From Dehalococcoidia bacterium (GTDB lineage: Bacteria > Chloroflexota > Dehalococcoidia > GIF9 > UBA5629): a stretch of DNA of 64,000 nt. Shown one piece after another: positions 55,660-64,000 of this stretch (positions within the stretch are counted from its first letter, which is position 1; every line of letters starts with the position of its first letter). The stretch lies in the NCBI GenBank assembly GCA_050011565.1, contig JBEKIW010000002.1:224001-288000 (forward strand), written 5' to 3'. Position numbers and translations under genes: made by a program. The notes below the pieces were generated by a model. The model did not search any database. It had not been told where the DNA came from and saw nothing but the letters and a program-made list of their open reading frames with translations.

Positions 55660-55857
55660 GGGCGTTTGTGGAAAAACGGCGCCGGATAGTGGATAATTCT
55701 CCCAGCCCTGTTGATAAACCAGCACATTGAAATGGCAAAACTTTGCATTCGTAATATATATCTTTCCACATTATCTATGTTCTTTAAACATTATTAATAA
55801 TATAACACTATACTATATAAACATAATTAATATATATAGTATAAGGATATTACTATA
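55660..55857. other. Probable oriC: DnaA boxes plus AT-rich unwinding element
   Basis: TGTGGAAAA 55667, AGTGGATAA 55688, TGTTGATAA 55709, CTTTCCACA 55762; very AT-rich tract from about 55783. Confidence 0.85.
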
Positions 55858-56940
55858 GTGGATAGAGCGGACATACTGGCATATGGTGGAAGTGGGGGTA
55901 ATGGTGTGGTTAGCTTTCACCACGAGAAGTTTATACCTCTCGGCGGACCCGATGGTGGGGACGGTGGGAAAGGTGGAAGCGTCTACCTTGTTGCCGATAG
56001 GAGTGTTAACACGCTGAAGCAATTCAAGCGCCAGAGGCAATTTAAGGCAGCATCGGGTAAGGACGGAGGGAAGCAGAAAAAACACGGCGCTAAAGGTGAT
56101 GACCTCATAATTAAGGTGCCTTTAGGAACAACGGTAGTTCTTAATAAAGAAGAGCAGGAAGTGCTGCTGGCGGATTTGAGCCAGCAGGGACAGAAAGTTC
56201 TGGTGGCTAAGGGGGGCCGGGGTGGCTTGGGTAATGTTCATTTCGCCACGTCCATAAACCAGGCTCCCAAAACGGCTACCAAGGGTATGCCCGGCGAAGA
56301 ACATCGCCTGGTTCTTGACCTTAAACTTATCGCCGATGTGGGCATTATCGGCTATCCCAATGCAGGTAAGTCCACTCTTTTGACCGCATTATCCAAAGCC
56401 AGGCCTAAAATAGCTGATTATCCTTTCACCACTATCGAACCGGCTCTCGGCGTCGTCGAAGTAGGCATGAAGACATTTGTTTTGGCGGAAATTCCCGGGC
56501 TTGTGGATGGCGCCCATCTGGGCAAAGGGCTGGGGCATGAATTTCTGCGCCATGCGGAAAGAACTAAAATCTTGCTTCACTTGATTGACGGCAGCTCCCC
56601 GACGGTGATTGATAACATGAACAATCTGAACCGGGAGCTGGCTTTATATAAGCCGGAGATGGCACAAAAGCCTCAGCTGGTGGCGGTAAATAAGGTGGAC
56701 TTGCCCGATGTCCAGGCTCGGCTGCCGGATATTCACTGGCTTTTCAAGTCTCTGGGGATAAAGGTCTTCTTTATCTCGGCAGTTACCGGGCAAGGTTTAT
56801 CCGAGCTAATGCCGGAGATAATGACTATGTTGGAGAGGGTGGGAGATATACAGGTTTGTCCAGAGGTACCAATAGCCGTTTTTAAACCCAAGCCCAGGGT
56901 TGGGCGGACAAAGAAAAAAGTTATTGAGCAGGCGGATTAA
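55858..56940 (+). CDS. obgE: GTPase ObgE/CgtA
   Basis: GGPDGGDGG, GYPNAGKST, DYPFTT, FLRHAER, NKVD. Confidence 0.96.
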   Translation: MDRADILAYGGSGGNGVVSFHHEKFIPLGGPDGGDGGKGGSVYLVADRSVNTLKQFKRQRQFKAASGKDGGKQKKHGAKGDDLIIKVPLGTTVVLNKEEQEVLLADLSQQGQKVLVAKGGRGGLGNVHFATSINQAPKTATKGMPGEEHRLVLDLKLIADVGIIGYPNAGKSTLLTALSKARPKIADYPFTTIEPALGVVEVGMKTFVLAEIPGLVDGAHLGKGLGHEFLRHAERTKILLHLIDGSSPTVIDNMNNLNRELALYKPEMAQKPQLVAVNKVDLPDVQARLPDIHWLFKSLGIKVFFISAVTGQGLSELMPEIMTMLERVGDIQVCPEVPIAVFKPKPRVGRTKKKVIEQAD

Positions 56941-57549
56941 ATGAACGTTGGTGTACTAGGCGGCACTTTTGACCCCATTCATTCGGGACATCTGGTCGTT
57001 GCTGAAGAAGCCAGACTAAAGCTTAAGCTTGCCCAGTTAATCTTTGTCCCCACAGGGCAGCCGTGGCTTAAAACGAACCGGAAAATTACCCCGGCCGTTC
57101 ACCGCTTAGAGATGGTGAAGCGGGCGATTGCCGGCAATGCCAATTTTGAGCTTTCGACTGTTGAGGTAGACCGGCCCGGGCCTTCCTACGGCGTGGACAC
57201 GGTAACTATTTTACAGCAGCAGCTAGGTACCAGGGCCAAGATTTTCTTTCTAATCGGCTGGGATAGCTTGGCCGAGTTGCCTCAGTGGCGGGAGCCGGCC
57301 AGGCTCATTCAACTCTGCAAGTTGGTGGCGGTTACCAGGCCGGGTCTGAGCCGCCCGGATTTAAAGTCGCTGGAACCATCTGTCCCCGGAATAACTCAGA
57401 GCGTGGTCTGGCTGGATATACCGCCCATAAATATCAGCTCTTCAGACATACGGGATAGAGTGGCTCAGGGGTTGTCCATCTACGGCCTGGTGCCTGAAGC
57501 GGTGGAAAGATACATAAAAGAAAATAAGCTGTACCGGAAACGGAAATAA
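56941..57549 (+). CDS. nadD: Nicotinate-nucleotide adenylyltransferase
   Basis: GGTFDPIHSGH, IGWDS, ISSSDIR. Confidence 0.96.
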   Translation: MNVGVLGGTFDPIHSGHLVVAEEARLKLKLAQLIFVPTGQPWLKTNRKITPAVHRLEMVKRAIAGNANFELSTVEVDRPGPSYGVDTVTILQQQLGTRAKIFFLIGWDSLAELPQWREPARLIQLCKLVAVTRPGLSRPDLKSLEPSVPGITQSVVWLDIPPINISSSDIRDRVAQGLSIYGLVPEAVERYIKENKLYRKRK

Positions 57550-57559
57550 AGCGGATAAA

Positions 57560-59491
57560 CTAGATATCCAGGTTTCTCACGCTTCTGGCGTGGGCCTGGA
57601 TGAAGGCTTTTCGAGGGGGAACTTCACTGCCCATAAGCATATGGAATATCCTGTCCGCAGCCATGGCATCTTCGATTTCCACCTTGAGCAAAGTTCGTGA
57701 TTCCGGGTTCATAGTGGTGTCCCATAGCTGCTCGGCGCTCATTTCCCCCAACCCCTTATAGCGCTGGATCTCCGATTTGCTGCCTTTAAGCTCCTTAAGC
57801 TTGGCATCCCTTTCTTTATCTGAGTAAATCCAGAATTGTTGCTTACCCGATTGAATGCGATAAAGGGGTGGCTGGGCGATGAAAAGGTGGCCCTGGCTGA
57901 TGAGCTCTGTCATGTTGCGGTAAAAGAAGGTAAGTAACAGTGTCCGGATGTGAGAGCCGTCAACATCGGCATCAGTCATAATGATTATGCGGTGGTAGCG
58001 CAGCCTGGAGAAGTCGAGCTGGTCGCCGATGCCGGCGCCTACTGCGGTGATAATAGCCCGTATTTCTTCATGGTCCAGAATCTTGTCTTTGGGTGCCTTT
58101 TCCACATTAAGTATTTTGCCTCGCAGTGGCAGTATAGCCTGGAAACGGCGGTCTCGACCCTGCTTGGCTGAACCTCCGGCTGAGTCACCTTCAACCAGGT
58201 AAAGCTCACACTGGCTGGGGTCGGTCTCCGAACAGCTAGCCAGCTTTCCGGGCAGAGTACCGGTATCAAGGCCGCTTCTCTTAAAGATAAGGTCGCGAGC
58301 CTTTCGGGCTGCCTCTCTAGCTTTAGCTGAAACAAAGCACTTATCTATGATTGCTTTGGCGTCATCTGGGTGTTGTTCCAGGTACACGGCAAGGCCATCA
58401 GCAAATATGGCTTCGACCTGGGTCTTTATTTCAGGATTGCCCAATTTGGCTTTGGTTTGCCCCTCGAACTGAGGCTCAACCAGCTTGACGCTGATTACCG
58501 ATGTCAGCCCATCACGGAAGTCATCACCTATCAGGTTGGGGTCGGAATCCTTCAACAGCTTGTTTTTCCGGGCATAGTCGTTCAATACGCGGGTAAGCGC
58601 CGAGCGGAACCCGGTAAGATGGCTGCCGCCGTCTATGGTATTGACGCAGTTGGCAAAGCTAAGCGTAGATTCGGAAAAGCCATCGTTGTACTGCAGGGCT
58701 ACCTCGACAATGGTGCTGTTCATGGTGCCGGATATGTAGATAGGCTGGCGATGGAGGACTACCCGGTTCTTATTGAACCGGCTGACCAGAATAGCAATGC
58801 CGCCTTCAAACAGGAATGTTGCCTCCTTGTCGGTTCTTTCGTCTTTGAAGCTTATTTCCAGGTTCTTGTTCAAGAAGGCCAGCTCTTTGAGGCGCTGGCG
58901 AATGGTATCGAAGTTGTAGTTAATCTCAGGGAAGATTTTGGTATCGGCCAGGAAAGTGGTGGTAGTTCCCGTTTCTTCCGTATCGCCTATGACTTCCAAT
59001 TTGCTGATAGGAGTACCACGCTCATATTTCTGGCGATAAATTTTACCATCGCGTCTTACCTCGGCATTGAGCCATGACGACAGTGCATTTACCACCGAAG
59101 CACCGACGCCGTGCAAGCCGCTGGACACCGTGTAAGTGCGACCGCCGAACTTAGCTCCGGCGTGCAGGCGGGTCATCACTGCTTCCAGGGCTGAGGTGTG
59201 GGTTACCGGGTGTTTGTCTACGGGTATGCCGCGGCCGTTATCGATAACCGTCACCGAGTTATCTTTGTGAATTATTATCTCGGTCTTGTCGCAGTAACCA
59301 GCCATGGCCTCGTCTATACTGTTATAGACTATCTCGTAGACCAGGTGATGCAGTCCGTGCTCGTCGGTGCTGCCGATATACATGCCCGGGCGGCGTCGCA
59401 CCGCCTCCAGGCCGTCCAGAACCCGGATATCCTCGGCGGTATAGTCTTGCTGAGCGTTGTTGGTATTGTTTTTAGTTTTTTTCTTCGGCAT
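57560..59491 (-). CDS. gyrB: DNA gyrase subunit B
   Basis: VRRRPGMYIG, GLHGVG, EGDSAGG, PLRGKILN, DADVDG, RYKGLGEM. Confidence 0.97.
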   Translation of the reverse strand: MPKKKTKNNTNNAQQDYTAEDIRVLDGLEAVRRRPGMYIGSTDEHGLHHLVYEIVYNSIDEAMAGYCDKTEIIIHKDNSVTVIDNGRGIPVDKHPVTHTSALEAVMTRLHAGAKFGGRTYTVSSGLHGVGASVVNALSSWLNAEVRRDGKIYRQKYERGTPISKLEVIGDTEETGTTTTFLADTKIFPEINYNFDTIRQRLKELAFLNKNLEISFKDERTDKEATFLFEGGIAILVSRFNKNRVVLHRQPIYISGTMNSTIVEVALQYNDGFSESTLSFANCVNTIDGGSHLTGFRSALTRVLNDYARKNKLLKDSDPNLIGDDFRDGLTSVISVKLVEPQFEGQTKAKLGNPEIKTQVEAIFADGLAVYLEQHPDDAKAIIDKCFVSAKAREAARKARDLIFKRSGLDTGTLPGKLASCSETDPSQCELYLVEGDSAGGSAKQGRDRRFQAILPLRGKILNVEKAPKDKILDHEEIRAIITAVGAGIGDQLDFSRLRYHRIIIMTDADVDGSHIRTLLLTFFYRNMTELISQGHLFIAQPPLYRIQSGKQQFWIYSDKERDAKLKELKGSKSEIQRYKGLGEMSAEQLWDTTMNPESRTLLKVEIEDAMAADRIFHMLMGSEVPPRKAFIQAHARSVRNLDI

Positions 59492-59670
59492 AGCTACAGA
59501 AAACCCTTTTATAGTTTTGGTGTTTTATTGGTAATTCGAGATTGAACATAACGGGCTGGCAAGCAATTCGTAAACACCATATTTAGTGCCTGCCTGCCCC
59601 AAATGTACTAGGGATTGCATTGACTGTATTTTACCACATTTTCCAGAAAATCGAAAGCCCGCGTTCTTTT

Positions 59671-59773
59671 TGTCATCGCGAGGGGCGTAGCCTCGTGGCG
59701 ATCTCAATGTAAGCCAGACTTTGATGCTGTGCAGAGATTGCCACGTCCTTCAGCGGAAGGACTCGCAATGACA
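59671..59773. repeat. REP/MITE-like element, family 2
   Basis: tgtcatcgcgag...cgtggcgatctc / gagattgccacg...ctcgcaatgaca, flanked by T and A runs. Confidence 0.78.
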
Positions 59774-59829
59774 TAAAAAGGGCCCGGAAATTGTTTACGA
59801 GTCTCCCGCCCATGGGTGACCGTTGTGCC

Positions 59830-60114
59830 CTAATGCCAGCTATCGTGCATTTTGGCGGCATTGAGAAGCTTTATGATACTTGGCCCCTTCAGGTCAGTCG
59901 AGCCGCAGCCCGAGGGGTCGAAGTGGTTACATACCGTGCAAGTCACGCTGTACTTGTTTATCTCACTTATATTGACGAACAGGTCACAGGTCTCAGCGCT
60001 GCGGTCAAACCACTCTTCCAGAATTTCGGCAATTTGCGGGTAATGAGCTCTGAAGCTTCTGGAGCTGAAGAAAACGAAATCGGTGCAATCTTTTGGTGGA
60101 TAGTAGATGCGCAA
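59830..60114 (-). CDS. Hypothetical protein (94 aa, CxxC)
   Basis: TTG start 2 nt after the upstream stop with GGAGG SD; co-oriented with the operon. Confidence 0.6.
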   Translation of the reverse strand: MRIYYPPKDCTDFVFFSSRSFRAHYPQIAEILEEWFDRSAETCDLFVNISEINKYSVTCTVCNHFDPSGCGSTDLKGPSIIKLLNAAKMHDSWH

Positions 60115-60116
60115 TT

Positions 60117-60710
60117 TCAGCCTCCCGGTTGTACCGAGATATGAAACTCACACATACTGTTCTCGGGCAGTGTTTTCGGCATCTCGATATTTATGCGGTC
60201 GCCGGTCTTCCCCGCTGCCGCCTCAAAACTGGCAAAGCAGAATCCTTTACAGGGGAGCCCCTTTATGCCGGTCTCGTTGAGCGCATTGTATATCGAACAA
60301 GCGGAGACCTGAAGCACCAGCTCTTTGGTGGTTGCTTTGGATGTATTCCAGCGGTCGGTAGGCCTCAGGCCGAAGATGGATAGCTCTACGTATCTGCCTA
60401 GGCGATGCGGGAAAGATATGCCCGTTTGCCGGTACACTTTCTCAATCATCTCACCGGTGCGGTCCAGATATTTATTGTCACCCAGCTCTATGGTGAGCTT
60501 CATCAGGTTTCTGCCTATCTCTTCGAGTGCTTTGTATAATTCCTTATCGTCCTTGCCCTGCAGGCTCTTCGCCACAGTCCCGATATCGAACTTCTTAGTT
60601 ATTTCCTCCACTAAGCCCTTATCGGCATCGAAAAGCAGAGCTTTGCCCGACTCTTCCAGAGTCATCAATCTTTCCTTCAATAGCTTGCCGTATTTCCAGC
60701 CTGTCGTCAT
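60117..60710 (-). CDS. Hypothetical protein with a C-terminal V4R/ATC-hydrolase-like Cys pattern
   Basis: SD GGAGGT; ACSIY...PCKGFC...KTLP...CEF pattern. Confidence 0.6.
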   Translation of the reverse strand: MTTGWKYGKLLKERLMTLEESGKALLFDADKGLVEEITKKFDIGTVAKSLQGKDDKELYKALEEIGRNLMKLTIELGDNKYLDRTGEMIEKVYRQTGISFPHRLGRYVELSIFGLRPTDRWNTSKATTKELVLQVSACSIYNALNETGIKGLPCKGFCFASFEAAAGKTGDRINIEMPKTLPENSMCEFHISVQPGG

Positions 60711-60721
60711 TTTTACCTCCG

Positions 60722-60958
60722 TTAGAAGCTCACCTGTATGGCGTTTTGGGGGCAGGTGTTGACGCAGTCCATGCAGCCGGTGCATTTTTCAAAGCGGACG
60801 CCGGCCACGATGAACTGGCTGGGGTCAATTTCCCGGAACTTTCGTGGCCCCACCTTGGTGCCCAATCCCAATACATGGGTCGGGCATATGAGAAGGCACT
60901 TGCCGCAGTTGAGTGGGTCATGGCACTTTTTATCATCTACGGTGATTGTTGGCAGCAT
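60722..60958 (-). CDS. 2x[4Fe-4S] ferredoxin
   Basis: CHDPLNCGKCLLICP and CTGCMDCVNTCP. Confidence 0.88.
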   Translation of the reverse strand: MLPTITVDDKKCHDPLNCGKCLLICPTHVLGLGTKVGPRKFREIDPSQFIVAGVRFEKCTGCMDCVNTCPQNAIQVSF

Positions 60959-60981
60959 TTCTTGTTCCTCTCTATAAAGGT

Positions 60982-61812
60982 TTACCAGACATTAGCCAGT
61001 GCCGGCAAACTGGCTCTTTCCACCAGCGATATAGCCTCCTGAGGACATTCAGTGGCGCAAAGCCCACAGCCGAAGCACTGGAACGAGTCGATATAGGCCT
61101 TGTTCTGGCTGGCCGAGAAGCTTAAGGCCTTGAACTGGCAGCGGTGGATGCAGGAGGCGCAGCCGTTACAAAGATCGTTATCGACCCGCGCCACCTGATG
61201 TCCTTTCCACAGGAATTGTATGCCGTGGTCGATGGTAGTCCTTATAGCGCTGCAGTCGGGGTAGTCGCAGTTACAAATCCCGCCGATATACGGTGTGCCG
61301 AAGGTAAACAGAGTCTGCACTAGACCCCTCTTATTCATCTTGGTGACGGCATCCTTGGCTTCATCCGGTGTCAGGAACTGGACACCGCCTCGATAGGTCT
61401 CGGGCCATCTCTCCCACTTATACATTCCCGACCCCATGCCCATGCAGGTAAAGTTCTCTTCGTTGACCAGGCCCAGCATGGAGCGGCGGCAGGCGCAGGT
61501 CATAAGAGCGATTGGGTATATGATATCTATGACCTTGAGTGCGTCCTCCAGGGTAACAACCTGCCCGAAATGGACTGTCCAGGCAAGCTGCTCTACATCG
61601 TGCCTCATCTTGGCTATCGCTTCATGGTCTTTCCTGTCCAGAGCCTCAATGAAATCCCGGTTAATCAAAGCCATACCGCCCGCGACTACAGGATTTGGTT
61701 GTATCTCCGGGCCCTCGTCCTTCCTTATTTTATAGAGCTTCCTAGCGTAGTTAGCCGGATTGAAATACCATCTGGAGTAGCCCTCGGCATACTTTTCACA
61801 CCATTCGCACAT
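60982..61812 (-). CDS. Multi-Fe-S protein with C-terminal 2x[4Fe-4S] domain
   Basis: MCEWC, CACRR, ICNC..PDC, CNGCASCIHRC, CFGCGLCATECP. Confidence 0.85.
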   Translation of the reverse strand: MCEWCEKYAEGYSRWYFNPANYARKLYKIRKDEGPEIQPNPVVAGGMALINRDFIEALDRKDHEAIAKMRHDVEQLAWTVHFGQVVTLEDALKVIDIIYPIALMTCACRRSMLGLVNEENFTCMGMGSGMYKWERWPETYRGGVQFLTPDEAKDAVTKMNKRGLVQTLFTFGTPYIGGICNCDYPDCSAIRTTIDHGIQFLWKGHQVARVDNDLCNGCASCIHRCQFKALSFSASQNKAYIDSFQCFGCGLCATECPQEAISLVERASLPALANVW

Positions 61813-61879
61813 TGTCGTCCTTCCTTTATATTATGGCGTTGCTTCTCAAGTATCAGGAGGTCGCTGTCAGTACTGAGAT

Positions 61880-61941
61880 AGTCTAAGCAGCTCAAGAGAA
61901 ATTGTCAACGTGTTGACTTTATTGTATACTTGTGTTATATT
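61880..61941. promoter_or_regulatory. Back-to-back sigma70 promoters (Fe-S operon on minus, str operon on plus)
   Basis: Minus TTGACA(61908-61903)-N17-TAGACT; plus TTGACT(61913)-N17-TATATT with extended TG. Confidence 0.68.
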
Positions 61942-61947
61942 GCTGCT

Positions 61948-62060
61948 TTGTGTCTACTAGCCATTAGTCTGGGTTCCGAAAACCTGATTAAGCCGGCTGG
62001 TTGAACCGGGCCGAAAACCCGTTGGGGAAGTAGACCGGTGGACAACTAGGTGGCTTTTTA
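61948..62060 (+). promoter_or_regulatory. Structured rpsL 5' leader (candidate cis-regulatory RNA)
   Basis: GTCTACT/AGTAGAC closing helix; two hairpins each containing CCGAAAACC; alternative AGCCATTAG/CTAGGTGGCT pairing before a U run. Confidence 0.5.
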
Positions 62061-62090
62061 ATTGTAAAGACATAATTAAAGGAATATGAA

Positions 62091-62588
62091 ATGCCAACTG
62101 TGAATCAATTAGTCAGAAAGGGACGGCGGAAGCGACCCAAGCGGACCAAAGCTCCGGCATTGGGCATTAGCTTCAATACCCTGAAGAACGTGGTTCGGCG
62201 GGATACAAGGTCACCGCAGAAGCGCGGCGTTTGCGTCATGGTCAAGACAATGACGCCGAAGAAACCAAATTCGGCTTTGCGCAAAATAGCCCGTGTGCGG
62301 CTGACAAACGGCATCGAAGTCACAGCTTACATACCGGGCGAAGGCCATAATTTGCAGGAGCACTCTGTAGTGCTTATCCGTGGCGGTAGAGTAAAGGATT
62401 TACCTGGAGTCAGATATCACATTGTACGGGGCGCTTTAGATACCGGCGGGGTGGAAAATAGGCAGCAGGGGCGGAGTAAGTATGGTGCCAAGCGAGGCAA
62501 GGCAGTGAAGATTGCGGGAGTTCCCTCGCGTGAAGATTTGGGCACACCAGCAGCAAGTAAAACAGTCAAAACTTCGGGTGAGGAATAA
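62091..62588 (+). CDS. rpsL: 30S ribosomal protein S12
   Basis: [32 protein letters not shown]. Confidence 0.98.
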   Translation: MPTVNQLVRKGRRKRPKRTKAPALGISFNTLKNVVRRDTRSPQKRGVCVMVKTMTPKKPNSALRKIARVRLTNGIEVTAYIPGEGHNLQEHSVVLIRGGRVKDLPGVRYHIVRGALDTGGVENRQQGRSKYGAKRGKAVKIAGVPSREDLGTPAASKTVKTSGEE

Positions 62589-63059
62589 ATGCCACGGCGA
62601 GCTAGGGCAACTACCAGGCAAAAAAGTCCCGACTCAAAATACGGAAGCGTTACCGTATCCATACTTGTCAATAAAATGATGTTCGGCGGTAGGAAAGCTA
62701 CGGCCGAACGTGTTGTTTACGACGCTATGGATATTGTCAATAAGAAGTTAAGCACGGAACCTTTGCCGGTCCTGGAACAGGCGCTTAAGAATGCTACGCC
62801 GGTGCTTCAGGTGAAGTCCCGGCGCGTCGGCGGCGCTACTTACCAGGTACCGATTGAGGTTGAACCCGCCCGCGGGCTGTCTCTGGCTATGCGCTGGGTT
62901 ATCGGTTTTGCCAGGGCTCGCAGCGGCAAGTCGATGGCGGAAAAATTAGCGGCGGAGGTCATTGATGCTTCTCAGGGCCAGGGAGCAAGCATTAAGAAGC
63001 GTCAAGATACTCATAAGATGGCCGAGGCAAATAAAGCTTTTGCTCATTATCGATGGTAA
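62589..63059 (+). CDS. rpsG: 30S ribosomal protein S7
   Basis: [27 protein letters not shown]. Confidence 0.98.
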   Translation: MPRRARATTRQKSPDSKYGSVTVSILVNKMMFGGRKATAERVVYDAMDIVNKKLSTEPLPVLEQALKNATPVLQVKSRRVGGATYQVPIEVEPARGLSLAMRWVIGFARARSGKSMAEKLAAEVIDASQGQGASIKKRQDTHKMAEANKAFAHYRW

Positions 63060-63075
63060 TTACAGCAGGAATTAA

Positions 63076-63105
63076 ATCCCAACAGCCCAAAAAGGCCGTT
63101 GGGAT
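63076..63105. other. Intergenic hairpin between rpsG and fusA
   Basis: ATCCCAACAGCC-N6-GGCCGTTGGGAT, one mismatch. Confidence 0.55.
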
Positions 63106-63118
63106 AGGAAACAATGTC

Positions 63119-64000
63119 ATGACCCGGACTTTTCCTTTAGATAAGGTGCGGAATATAGGCATCATAGCCCATATCGATGCCGGTAAGACAACGGTTACTG
63201 AGAGGATTCTGTTTTATACGGGACGCACCTATAAGGTTGGTGCGGTGGATGAGGGGACAGCGGTAATGGACTGGATGGCACAGGAGAGGGAACGAGGTAT
63301 TACGATCACCGCAGCAGCTACCACCTGTCACTGGCAGGAACACCGTATCAATATCATTGATACGCCGGGGCATGTCGATTTTACCGCTGAGGTAGAGCGA
63401 AGTCTTCGCGTTCTGGACGGCGGCGTGGTGGTACTGGATGCCGTGGCCGGAGTCGAGGCTCAATCGGAGACGGTATGGCGGCAGGCGGATAGATACCATG
63501 TACCCAGGATTTGCTTTATCAATAAGATGGACAGGGTTGGTGCCGATTTCTATCACACCGTGGATATGATTGAGGAACGGCTGCGGGCTAAAGCTATATC
63601 GATTCAGTTGCCCTGGGGTAAGGAAAATCAATTTAAAGGGATAATAGATTTAGTCGAAAACAAAGCCTGGTTGTTTTCTGACGACGTTAATATTGCGCCG
63701 GTGGAGTCGCCGATTCCGGAGGAAGAGAGAGAAGAGGCGTCCAGGCGCAGACTGTCCATGATTGAGAGGCTGGCTGAGAATGATGACCATTTGATGTTAC
63801 TTTATGTTGAAGGTAAAGAAATCAGCGGCGAGCAGATTAAAGCTGCTATTAGAAGGTTGACTCTGGCTAATCGCATAGTGCCGGTGTTTTGCGGCACTGC
63901 ATTAAGAAATAAGGGAATACAATCGCTGCTGGATGCCGTTGTTGATTATCTGCCTTCTCCGTTGGACGTACCGCCGCTTAGTGTTATCGATTTGCAGACC
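63119..64000 (+). CDS. fusA: Elongation factor G (3'-partial; not in ORF track)
   Basis: Own translation [25 protein letters not shown]...ERGITI...DTPGHVDF; follows rpsG. Confidence 0.97.
   Translation, partial: MTRTFPLDKVRNIGIIAHIDAGKTTVTERILFYTGRTYKVGAVDEGTAVMDWMAQERERGITITAAATTCHWQEHRINIIDTPGHVDFTAEVERSLRVLDGGVVVLDAVAGVEAQSETVWRQADRYHVPRICFINKMDRVGADFYHTVDMIEERLRAKAISIQLPWGKENQFKGIIDLVENKAWLFSDDVNIAPVESPIPEEEREEASRRRLSMIERLAENDDHLMLLYVEGKEISGEQIKAAIRRLTLANRIVPVFCGTALRNKGIQSLLDAVVDYLPSPLDVPPLSVIDLQT

Noticed and set aside
59791-60144. Plus-strand 117-aa ORF
   Set aside because: Antisense to the minus-strand ORF, which has an SD and operon coupling.
61970-62022. Guanidine-II riboswitch (twin hairpins)
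   Set aside because: Loops are not ACGR and the downstream gene is ribosomal.
162-63631. The many antisense and alternative-frame ORFs in the track
   Set aside because: They overlap well-supported genes and show no recognisable motifs or SD sites.

Overview
Chromosomal window from an anaerobic bacterium, most likely Dehalococcoidia (Chloroflexota). This is inferred from the dnaA-obgE-nadD-gyrB origin synteny without dnaN and from a hybrid archaeal/bacterial CODH/ACS cluster. Energy metabolism genes include hypCDE, a TAT-less group-1-type [NiFe]-hydrogenase in an apparent operon with metV-metF, a Wood-Ljungdahl cluster (acsE-acsD-cdhA-DUF166-cdhB-cdhC-acsC) running directly into an orphan NuoE/NuoF (HydC/HydB) module, and acetyl-CoA synthetase. 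Housekeeping genes include pcrA, mutL, gyrA, gyrB, rplY, lysC, fmt, dnaA with oriC, and rpsL-rpsG-fusA. Two families of REP-like palindromes are dispersed through the window. The most unusual element is a 1.6-kb AT-rich island integrated in tRNA-Pro(CGG) between perfect 43-bp att repeats, about 4.5 kb from oriC. It carries only a type Ib-like partition cassette (ParA, a ribbon-helix-helix partner, and a 9x9-bp centromere-like array overlapping its promoter), a probable integrase stub and three identical candidate arm sites. All calls come from reading motifs by eye; no database search was run.
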